Assembly (NCBI GenBank): GCA_051362555.1
Contig: CM120641.1
Coordinates: forward strand, 32,866,401 to 32,930,400
DNA length: 64,000 nt
From: Lingula anatina
Taxonomy: Eukaryota > Animalia > Brachiopoda
Direction of reading: 5' to 3'
How positions within the stretch are numbered: position 1 is the stretch's first letter; every line of letters starts with the position of its first letter. The translations under genes were made by a program, and so were the position numbers. Positions 1-11,074 of the stretch are shown here, piece after piece. The notes below the pieces were generated by a model. The model searched no databases, had not been told where the DNA came from, and was given only the letters and a program-made list of their open reading frames with translations.

Positions 1-3000
1 AACACCTACCTGTAGAACAGGCGAATTTCAGTGCGGAGATGGTAAATGTATCCCTGGCGCTTATAAATGTGACAACGACAAGGATTGTGCTGATAATTCC
101 GACGAGCTTGGATGCCCAAGTAAGTACCAAACCTGAAAAAAGAAACTTCAGAAAATATAAGTGACTGGTTACATAGAAAAATCTGAATAAAATATTTAAT
201 TAAATGCCTCTTCAAAATAAATCTTTAAGACTTGTCCCTTGCACCGATCTCCCCTAGCAAACACACTCTCATCTTCATTTAAGCGAAAGATTTTACTTAA
301 CATTTTTTTCTCGTTTTATAATTCAGAATATACAATTTCTTGATACAGACGTGTGCCAAAAATATGTATGTAATATTGAATATTCTATCTCTGCAGCCAC
401 GCCAGCGCCGACGTGCCCATCCAGCCAGTTCACTTGCAGCAATGGGAAATGCATTCTAAATGAATGGGTTTGTGACAATGATGATGACTGTGGAGATAAG
501 TCAGACGAACAAAACTGCACAGGTTCTCTCTCTCTCTCTCTCTCTCTCTTTTCGTTTTTTAACACGGAGTTAAGTGGTATACAATAATTTACCAGGTGCA
601 ATGCCAGTATTTTTATTTTTATATTTTGCTTAAAAGAAATTGAATTGAAAATTTTCCTCAGTTTACTCGAAGCGATGAGCTGGTTCATTCTTACAGGAAT
701 GTTGCAATACATGTTGAAAGCAAACAAATCGTAAAGAGACTAGACATTTTACCTCCGCCAAGGAGGTTATGTTTTCACCCCTGTTTGTTTGTTTGTCTAT
801 CTGTCTGTTTGTCTGTCTGTCTGTTTGTCATCAACATAACTCAAAAAGTTATGGATGAATTTCGATGGAATTTTCAGGGTAGGGTTAACTTAGAAGTGAT
901 TAGTTTTTGGTGGTGATCCGGATCAACAATCAATCAATAATCAATAATAAAAAAAACTAAGTTATGGACCGATTTTGATGAAATTTTCAGGAACTGTCAG
1001 AAGTTGGCCAAGGAACAGATGATTAATTTTTGGTGGTGATCCGGATCAATAATCAATCAATAATCAAAAATCAAAAACTGAATCATTATAGAATGAAAAT
1101 TTAGGGGTGAAACGGCATTGGGTGGAGATTTTGCTGCCTTGGCGGAGGTCTGCGCTCTCGGAGTGCTTTTCTAGTTACCAATGTTTCGTGACGTTTCGAC
1201 ACCACTTCAAAGGTCCTTGGTCAGGTTGCTGCCTCGTAGATGTGAACTTCTTAAAAAACAATTTACTTCTTATAATCATTGCACAAGAGACAGCAAAAAA
1301 CCTATTTTGTTGAATGATCTGATTGTCTGTTTTAGTTCTCCTCAATGGATATTGTCGCTCTTCTGAGTTCACCTGTGCCAATAAGGAATGCGTCCCCATT
1401 GGTTACGTGTGCGACAGAGACAAGGATTGTTCTGATGGGTCAGATGAAGTGAATTGTACTGGTAAGAAAATAAACATTATTGTAAACATAGAAAACAACA
1501 GTGAGTTTTCATGGGTGGAGTGGGAGGAAACATGCTATGCCAGTTTGCTTGAATAGCGAAGTGAAATGTAAGTGGACAAGCAAGGGAAAATATAATCCAA
1601 GCAACTTGTTGATATTAAAGGGATAATAACTCTTCGTATGAGATCTATATTTCACAATAAAAACATTGTGAATAACTCATAGAAATAGAATATATTCTGT
1701 TTTACCATAAAAACGGCAGTTATAACTATAAATTCTGATATTTGAGCTTGTCTTTAAACCACGTGACCTCCATTGATAACTATACTCTGTTAAAATCTCT
1801 TAAGAGATTTTAACAAAAAACCAAACTTTTTAGAAAAAAACCAGGGACTAACTTTGAATGTAAAAATGGATTTATTAACCATTGGTAAGTATGGGAAAAT
1901 TGTTGTTTACTCCAGGAAAATTCATTTTTTGGCCGAAACGAAGAGTTATTATCCCTTTAAATATTTAGCATGTTCAAAACAAATACAAAAAAAGAAATTA
2001 CGGGACATTTGAAGAACATCAAGTTTGGGTTTGATATATTTTATACTCTAAAGAAGCAACGGCCAACTTTTTATCTTAAGCAAAAAAGTAAAAATGTATT
2101 ATTGGAGTTTTCACATCTTTTTATTTTAAGGTAGATTATGGTGATTTTTCTTGAACAACGAATTTGAAATGTCAAGAACTAATGTCGAAGTGGGATTTAA
2201 AAAAATTCGCTCCTTAAATAGATGATAATGATAATTTTCCTTGAACAGCCGTGGAGGGAACCTGTTCACCGCTTGAGTTTAAGTGCGCTGACAACAAAAC
2301 CTGCGTGTCCAAACTGTTTCTGTGCGACAGAGACAACGACTGTGGAGATTGGTCAGACGAAACTCTTGACCAATGTAAACGTGAGTCCAATCTACATGTC
2401 TGATCTGAAAGAAATGTATATTGGCTAGGTACACGTGACTCCGCTCAAAGTCTGATTTAAAATGTTCGTGATACATTGGTACATTGGTCAGGAACAAATT
2501 TATTTATTTATTTTTTTATTGCTCTGTCAACTGTCGGGACCTACGATATGAAAAACTGTCTTAATCGATTGCATGAAAAGCGAGTCACTTTATGTTGAGT
2601 CCCCAGTGTATTCGTGACACAAGGAAAATGGTAAACGAAAAGAAATAAGTGTATATACAGACTTTACAGAAAATCACTTAACAAAATAATATTATTATTA
2701 TAATTGTTTAAATGGGTATAATAATAACTGTATAAAATAACGATTGCATCGATTTGCAGGCCCTAGCGCCGGCGAGTGCCCGTATTACGAATTCAAGTGC
2801 AACAACTCCGGAAAATGCATCTCTCGGTCGTTGCGTTGTGACGGAGATGACGACTGCGGTGACAATTCAGATGAGAAGAATTGCGACAACAGTAACGAAA
2901 ATTATTATCTTTTAGATTTATCTTATAGCAATATACTTTCTTATATTGATGTCAAAGTAACAGACTTCATTGTCGTTTCACACACGTTTGAAATTAAAAT

Positions 3001-5506
3001 ATATAAGTTACACAAGTGTGGAATTTAATACAATTCAGTCATTACAGGTTAAGCCTAGGTCCCAACTACGTTTTGGACGCACTGTTTTTTAGGTTCCTTG
3101 CGTCCGGCTAAGACGTAGCTAGATCGCAGGGAAGGAATCAAGTAATTGGTGATTGCAAAGAACTGATCATGTCGAAAAGTTTCTACATGCTGTTTACGTC
3201 CACGATGAACGTGCTCCTTACGCACGAACTCCCAAGTTTCCCCCAATTTTAGGGGCCGTAGATCACACGTAGCAGCCCGTACGTTCGGTTGGGACCTAGG
3301 CTTTACGAAAGACACGTGCGGATTTGGTTTTCAGCGGACAAACATTTTTGTGAAATGCTGCATTTCAGGCATCCTGCAGAATGGCTGTCTTTCCCACCAG
3401 TTTGCCTGCTCTAGTATACGGAAGTGTATTCCCAGGACCTGGGCTTGTGACGGTGACGACGACTGCGGAGACGGCTCAGATGAAACAGCCCAAACATGCA
3501 AAGGTACACTACAGCGTGGAAATTCTTTGTAGGGTTGTATTGTTATGAAAGCGTATTTTATAGATAAGAGTCCACCAGTGGGAGAAACTCGTAACTGATC
3601 TGTTGTAATCGATGGTGGATCCGGGGTGGGCACAGGGTTGAACCCTTAAATTCTGAGGTACCCACCAAAAATTGTCCCCATCTACTGCTGTACATTTTCC
3701 GAGCGAGGCGAGTCAAAAATTGCACCACCCTCTTCCCATTAGGAATATCCTGTATCCGTCAGTGAAAGCTGGTGCGGTAGAGGGTAAACGTAACTGGATG
3801 TATTTAGATTGATAAGTAATACATATAAACCATGAAAAAAATTTAATAAAAAATCTTTTTCATGTGATTGCTACTCAGTTCAGTTACACATGTTGTTATT
3901 CTGTTCCATATTAAGGTATCCATGGCAACCGTACTTGTGCCCCCAACCAATTCCAGTGTCAGACGGACAGACGTTGCTTCCCCATGTCATACCGCTGTGA
4001 TGGGGACAATGACTGCACTGACAAATCTGATGAATTTAATTGCACAAGTATGTGAACTTTTTTTCTTAATTCTGATATATCTTTTCTTCAGTTCTTAAAA
4101 CATTCGTTGTAAAGGAAAAGGGTGTGTAATGCTTCCTAAGTTTGTGCAAAATTTGTGTTCAGATGTAATTTTTCAACGTTTCAAGATTGCCAAATAAAAA
4201 TATTCTGGTTACACTAACCCAGCCTTGTCTGAAGGCCTTCTTCAATTATTCTAATAGAAGAATGAGGCGTAATTACACCAAGATATTTTTTCTATTTCTC
4301 CGGAATCAAGAGCCGACCTGTGCAGCCAGTAGTTTTCAGTGCGGCGACGGCAAGTGTATCCCGAGTACTTGGAGGTGTGACGGGGATGACGACTGCAGAG
4401 ACGGCGCTGATGAAAGGCAGTGCGCTGGTGGGTTCTAACGGTTGCCCGTTCTTAAGGCACTGTCATACCTAGTGTATATAGCACCAACCTATGGCAAAAA
4501 ATGTCCTTACGCATACAAACGCGAGGGGTTCATTAACCTTACGTTGCATGCATCTCGAATACGCTGACAAACATTGGTTTTCGTTCGCATACCCAGAGGG
4601 AGATAATATATTTTGGGCATGTTCAAAAACGATTCACACGCTGCTAGTATCTTCATTATAATACGCAGAAACAGGGTGATTTAATACCCTCACAGTTGTG
4701 CGTAATTTTCTCCATGCGCTAGATGTGACGGAGCCTTTACTGTGGCGTTTAAGCTGAGCTGCATTATACATACTAATAGAGTAAAAACCATTTACGAGAA
4801 ATGTATGAAATATGTTACCAGATATTCATTTAATAATAGAAGCTTTATTCTTTACTAGCTCTAACTTGGTGTTCACATGAAACATATAAAATAAGCATAA
4901 GCGTATGGTGAACGAACCAAAAATAACTGAACAAAGAAGAACAGTGGAAATTATTTTACCTGTCATAAAAAATAAAAAGAATATTCTGCTACTTCTTGAT
5001 TGAAATTTTAAAAAAATCTTCACCCAGCTCCATCCTGTCGCTCCAAAGAGTTTTTATGCCGAGATGAGGCCCAGTGTATTCCCATAGGCTGGCGCTGTGA
5101 TGGAGACAGCGATTGCAAGGATAATTCGGACGAAGATAACTGTGGTAGGTTTCACAGTATGTGGATACAAAATTGCCATCCGCTGTTGATTGATCTTTTC
5201 AAAGGAAATAGCCTTTTAATTTTGCGAGTCCAATATTTTTGGTTAGGATAGAGAAAAATCCATAATCGTATAAAGGTTATTAGAGACACCGGGTGTATTT
5301 TGTATGTTTTTACTCAAAAAATATTTCCCCGCTTCTCCTGCGCCCGTTGCTGTTTCTGTCATATGTTTATAATAAATATAAATTAAGAAATTATCTTATT
5401 CCTAACGCCAAACTAACTTTAATCTAAGCTCAATTGTTGCTTTATGTCTATGATGCAATGCTTTATTTGATTCATGTTATATTTTTCATTAGGTTTAATC
5501 GGCTAG
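1..5506 (+). CDS. 3' part of a multi-LDL-receptor class A (LDLa) repeat protein; 5' end lies outside the window
   Basis: Nine phase-1 exons each encode one six-Cys LDLa module with the DCxDxSDE-type motif: <1-119, 397-522, 1336-1461, 2249-2380, 2760-2891, 3369-3503, 3916-4047, 4311-4427, 5028-5144. A terminal exon at 5493-5506 encodes GLIG-stop, and AATAAA follows at 5608. Confidence 0.9.
751..1174 (+). mobile_element. Non-autonomous Helentron-type element (HINE/DINE-like)
   Basis: Subterminal inverted repeats acctccgccaagg (751) and ccttggcggaggt (1137-1149), a (GTTT/GTCT)n microsatellite near the 5' end, a duplicated ~120-bp internal unit, 3' hairpin gcgctctcggagtgc, CTAG end, and insertion in a T-run. 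Confidence 0.85.
1619..1956. mobile_element. MITE with TTAA target-site duplication (Kolobok/piggyBac-type)
   Basis: Perfect 19-bp TIRs agggataataactcttcgt / acgaagagttattatccct flanked by TTAA (1615-1618, 1957-1960). A second, partial copy lies at 13283-13469. Confidence 0.85.
3052..3302. mobile_element. PIF/Harbinger-type MITE
   Basis: TIRs agcctaggtcccaac / gttgggacctaggct with TTA on both sides. Confidence 0.8.
4455..4736. mobile_element. Degenerate PIF/Harbinger-type MITE
   Basis: Imperfect TIRs aggcactgtcatacctag / ctagatgtgacggagcct with TTA on both sides. Confidence 0.65.
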
Positions 5507-5981
5507 ATGCTGGTGTGGTCAGAAAAGAAAGATGATACACGGCCAAAGTTACGCCTTTGCAAGGATCCTTGTTACTTTTGAAAATGAATAATTGCTCTGA
5601 AATTTAAAATAAATAAGCTGTTTTGTAAATATAGTTGTTTAAAGTCTTGTATTTATTATAAAAAATGTGCAAAACATTTTCATTGTAGTATTTCATACAT
5701 AGCATTAAATTATGTAAAAATCTAAAAAAAATTTATTACATGTGTAACAATAAAACCAACAAGGAGGTGAGTTAAGTAAACTTTTTCTTATGGGACTCGG
5801 AATTGCCCAAAAGTAATTAAAAAATAGCTTTTGAAATCCTAAATTGATAAGATTTTTTCGATAAATGCAGATATGTATTTTGAACAATATAAAATAAGTT
5901 GCTTGAGTAAAATTAATTGTACCTGTGCGTGCAAAATCCCATTCATAATCATTATCTGTTATCCAGCTTATAAACTGGTAG

Positions 5982-6048
5982 GGTATGCAAAAGACAATTT
6001 TTATCCAGCTGATAAATCCGCTGGATAAAAAATTGTCACTTGCATACC
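5982..6048. repeat. Short inverted repeat / hairpin, probably a MITE remnant
   Basis: ggtatgcaa..gacaattttttatccagc pairs with gctggataaaaaattgtc..ttgcatacc around a ~10-nt loop. Confidence 0.7.
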
Positions 6049-6519
6049 ATACATCTTTCTACGTGTGCCCTGAAAAAAACATAAATAAATACATAGATAA
6101 AATAAATAAATGTTGAAAATGTTCAATGCTGATTGTAATAAAAATCAACATGTCTTCTTCATTTAAGAGTTATTTTTCATTTACTGAAGGAACCCTTAAT
6201 TTGGCAATGTTTTAAACAAGATATTTCTCTGGCTAATTTTCTGCACATTTTGTACTGTGTCCAGCGACAAATTAATTTTTCTTCAATCAACAGCTTAATA
6301 TTTCGATGTTTAACAGAGCATCTTCATCAGGAAACGAGGCTATCCAGGTGAATAGCCTCTTTTCAGGAGGTATACTTGACACCCCACTCCCACTCACCCC
6401 ACCCCACCGATTGCCTTAGGAAAGGCAGATATAGGTCAGTGAAATATTGGAGATAAACTATTTCAATATCATACTGTTGGTTGGCGAAAAAATTACTTTA
6501 TCCTAATAACATAACACAT

Positions 6520-6660
6520 TTTTTATTTAAACAATCTGTGATAATACTTGTTCCAAAACGCACGCCTGTTTCCTGTCTCAATGACTACAGACCTGTAGGT
6601 CATACATCCATTGGTATGAAGGTGATTGAGAAATTTGTTCTGCAACATGTGAAATCAAAA
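6520..6660 (+). mobile_element. Rex1/Babar-like non-LTR retrotransposon RT fragment
   Basis: The translation FKQSVIILVPKRTPVSCLNDYRPVGHTSIGMKVIEKFVLQH matches the Rex1-type PKK...SCLNDYRPVALTS..MK..ER motif. Confidence 0.75.
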
Positions 6661-6850
6661 TGTCAAAATGTCATCAAGTCGACAACCTTCAGTAAAGGCA
6701 ACTTCCCACACGCATTAAAAATAACTTTTACCCAGCAGTTATACGTATTTAAATGAGCAAAACGGATTTTAATTATTCTGTTGTAATTTATTTTATCGAC
6801 AGATCATATCAATTTTCATTTAAGACTTTTATGTATAAATGAGACAATAA

Positions 6851-6897
<47 letters not shown>

Positions 6898-6911
6898 TAT
6901 TATTATTATTA
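6851..6911. repeat. (ATT)n microsatellite preceded by AATAAA, possible LINE 3' tail
   Basis: Read directly from the sequence. Confidence 0.85.
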
Positions 6912-7363
6912 AATTCTTCTCTGTGTTCAGCGATAATTTTTACACGGCATTAACGTAATCACCCAGCTGGTCTCGGGTAAAAAACAGAGGATTGTGAAGA
7001 AATCCATTTCTTTGAAACACCTCAAAATCACCTGTTGCATGAGGGTAGAAGGGGGATGCTCATTGGATTAAGATTTCTTTTCGGAACATTTAACCATAAT
7101 TCCACTTCAACACAATCTTAACCAATTGGTCAGTTAATCTGTCAGCTAAAAGGATTAATTCAGATCAGTGTTGATATTCCTAAAACAAGATTTTGTTTAT
7201 TCGGGATATTTGACGAGACTAAAAATTAACGCAAAATGATAATTTTAAAAGAATACACATACATCATAGATGAGTTTTAAGTTTTCAGTTCTTTTTATTT
7301 CGTAAACGTGTCAAGCCCAGTCTTCGTCACTCTCCGTAAGAAAACCGACAAGATAAGATATTA

Positions 7364-7589
7364 CAGTGGCGGATTTAGGGGGTTATCAGGGGGGTTATGA
7401 CTTCTGATTTTAAAAAAGGCACAAAATTACGTCTAGCCGAATCACAGTTCTAAACCGGACCAAATGGCACCATTTGTCCTCCAAAACACCAATTCTTTTC
7501 GGGGCCCTAGAGCGTGCCCCTCGCAATCCGGGGCCTGTCATTCCTTAAAAAACGGACCTTCCCCTTCAAAGAATCTGGATCGGCCCCTG
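7364..7589. mobile_element. cagtggcggat...atccgccactg-type MITE; related copies near 3610-3765 and 19778-19992
   Basis: Ends cagtggcggatttagggg and ggatcggcccctg flanked by TA. The 19778-19992 copy ends cctaaatccgccactg, in inverted orientation. Confidence 0.7.
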
Positions 7590-8239
7590 TATTTAGATAT
7601 ATTTATTTCTATAATATACAAAATATGATAAATATATATAAAATTCGGGCAAAACAGAGGGAATCTAATACATGGATTTAACCAAAAACAAACAAACAAA
7701 CAAACAAACAAACAAACGCAACTCTGCTACTGTGCTACAAATGTCTGCCATGCTCAATACGATAACCAGCACATATCAGCTTAGAATGCGGGTAGTTTGC
7801 CTTGTAGCTAAGAAATAACTGAAACAGATGCTTTTTTGTGGCAATGGGCACTGTGACAACAACAACACCAACAATGATATCGATAACTACGGTTAAATAC
7901 TTTTTCTTGCCTTGTGAATGACTAATTGAAAATGAATCTTACTTGAATTATTGAATATTTACATATTTCAGGATATTTCTTGGTCCCAAGTAAAAACTGT
8001 CTATTGACAACTCGAAAAAAAGCCCAAGCAGTTTTAATCCAACCGATTCCAAATGTTATGTCACTTTTGTAGGGTCATGTCATATTAAATAGATTTACAT
8101 TCTAAAAACTTGACATTAAAATTTGTTTAAACATAACCATAACTCTAAAAGTTGCCTGAGATAATAAGACCTAACATTCACTTAGCTTAAAACTTGTTGA
8201 CATTCATGACATTACGGTTTTAAGACCTATCAATTTAGA

Positions 8240-8390
8240 ATAAAGATATTTTCCTTCAATCAACAGCTAATATTACCTCCAATATATCGATGTCTCTCAG
8301 AATATCTTCCGCGGGAACATGGAGGTAATATTAGCTATCAATATAAGCTGTAGATTAAAGAAATATTACTTTATTTGCATAACATAACAC
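8240..8390. repeat. Palindromic dispersed repeat; related copy at ~6275-6335 plus 6490-6517
   Basis: A 17-bp perfect inverted repeat agctaatattacctcca / tggaggtaatattagct. It shares ttcaatcaacagct...cgatgt and attactttat...taacataacac with the 6.3-6.5 kb region. Confidence 0.65.
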
Positions 8391-11074
8391 GACTGATGCA
8401 ATTCCTCTCTGACTATCAGTTTAGGGAATTTATCTTTTTAAAGAAAATATATGCACATCAGCTAAAATATTTGTTTTTATATTTTTTATCTATTAAGGGT
8501 TATGGGGTAGGAGTAGGGAATGGTCGGACCTCCAGTTTCTCAATTTGTATATAAATGTTTTCCCGTTCTTTTCTGTTCATTGACATCACTAGATAGGCTT
8601 TACCTTTAAGTAGCAAATTTACTTATACTGCGCTCATCACACAATTTAAATTGCAAAGTAATGAACGGTACATGTTTTATCAACTGTCTTTCCCTACTTA
8701 ATATTTAATATATAATATTTAATGATAATATTTATATTCTCAGATTATAGGCCTTACCTCAATTTTCAGGGGAGGCACCACCTGTAACTCTCTGCCGTCT
8801 ATCCATGGCCTGGCCACCATATCCTACGATGTCCACGCCTTGTTTTCTTGCTGCATGTCTTTAGCGGGCATTGAACTTACACACACAGACACCAATACCT
8901 TTACAGTGTACAGTAAGCAAAATAGAGAAACAATACTACAATGTACAGAAATACTAACAAAAAACACAAACATTTTACAGACATGGACAATGACAAAGAT
9001 AAAGGGTATAAGCAGGTTAAAAAAAACAAAGAACACTACACCAAAAGACCCATGCATTTTTATATTATGGATGGATTATAATGACGCGCTTAAAAAGTAA
9101 GTGCATTATTATAATTCATCCATAATATATTTTTCTGCGCCCATGAGCCTTTTATCTCGTCCTTTTTCAGTATTGGTAAGTAGAATATAAGCATGTGAAG
9201 CATACCTTGAATGTAAACAAAGAGGGTCAGTGGAATCGAAGTGATGAATACAATCAACATGCAGGAATTAAAAACAACAAGCCTAGCGGGCTTGTTAGGA
9301 CAGGAATTTAACTTAAATCTTTTTCTAGAAATATTCTTATAATAAAGGTAAATGTTTGATAAAAATATAAGTAGATTTTTATGATTTGATTTTCAAAAGA
9401 ATGAAATTGTAAAAGGTATCTGCAATTTTGTTTTATTTTATTTTATTGGTTTTCTTTTTGTATAATGAGTGAATTTCTCAGCAGACAACCTTCTAGGTTC
9501 GACCCCCTTTCCAGCTACAGACATGTTTATTTTGGTAATTAAACAACATAAAAGATCACAGGAGCTACCCCCCCCCCCACACACACACACACACGCGAAA
9601 CTTTTTTTAAAACCATGCCAGTTCTGAATAGTGAAAAGGGGGACTATGTCATCACCTGCATGTCATCTTCTTTCAAGCAAATATAAGAAATAGTTAAAAG
9701 CAAATGTAAAAAGTAACTAAAACATTAAATCACACCAAGTATATTATCCTTTCGTTATCCTTTCTCCTTACAAAATTAAAGCTACCAAAAAGCTAGACAA
9801 TTCCACATAAATGTTTATAGCAAAAAATATATTATCACTCTATCTTTAATATCATCATCTGTGAAACAAGAAATGAAATGAAAGTTTCTTCAAAGTGCAT
9901 TGTGGATCAGTGTATATTGTGGATACGTGTTCCAGTTTACGCGGACAAGGTCGTCCAATGATGGCCTGGGGCAGGTTAGTAAACTTCAAGTTCATATCAT
10001 GTCAACAATATGCAAGGCAGCCCGTAGCCAGCAATTTCAAAAGGGGGGTTCTTTTTCTGGAAAAGTGGACCTTTTTCTATAAAAACTCCATGTACCTAGA
10101 TCAAATTTTACCCAGAGTGGACCTTTTCCCAGCAAAAAGGGCGGTTCTTTCGAACCCCCCGAACCCCCCCTGGCTATGGGCCTGCAGGGACACTGTCAAT
10201 CATAATTGGGTGAGAGGCATGCGTGGTTTCCCTTCTAAACTATTACAACATTGATTCTTCCCTCCGAAGTAAATGGTTTTTTCCCTTTAAAACGAAGAAG
10301 TTAAGGTGTGTAATCGCTGAATGCATTTCAAACGTAGGTGTATAAACTTTACAATAAAATTTGAGTCTCACTCTCATACGACAACCCCGCGTTCAAACTG
10401 ACAGCATGGTGACGACAGCAACGCCCCCAGCCGACAATCTACGATTGGAAGTCTAAGAGCGGGCAATTATGAACGTGTGATCACTCATCAGCACACAGAG
10501 CAGTGGGATGGACATATTGCGTTGCACTCAAGAGGAGAACAAAAGACATGAAGTGAGAGCGATTTAGTTCTGGGAACCGCCTTCAAATGTCATGTGATGC
10601 TACACCAATGCATCGCACTTGAGGATAGTTTCTTTACTAGCACAAAACGCCGAATGTTTCGTCTTTTTCCCTATGGTGTGCTTCTGGAATTCGACTCTTC
10701 AATCCATGCGGACTCGTCGCTCTGGGAAATGTACATGTACAAATAACACTCAGCTATTAGCCCGGACGTCGAATAACCGCCGCGGAAAATTAATCTTAAA
10801 TGGACTTAAATCCAAGATACTGGAGGTGGGTGAGTGCCACCATATCATACTCTCTTTTCATTTTTGTCATATTCCTCTTACGCCCATGTTTCTAGGTGGA
10901 TCTTGATTGCCCTTTGAGACTAGTATCAAAAGCTTCACATGCCCTATTTAGGTCACGCTCGTCGAGTTTTGTTGTTTCTTTCTAAGGCTGATGTGCATTT
11001 GCTCTCAAGTGTGAGTGAGTGTTGTTCCCTTTTAATGTACAGACACAGAAGTACATAAAACCGTCACCGACGAG

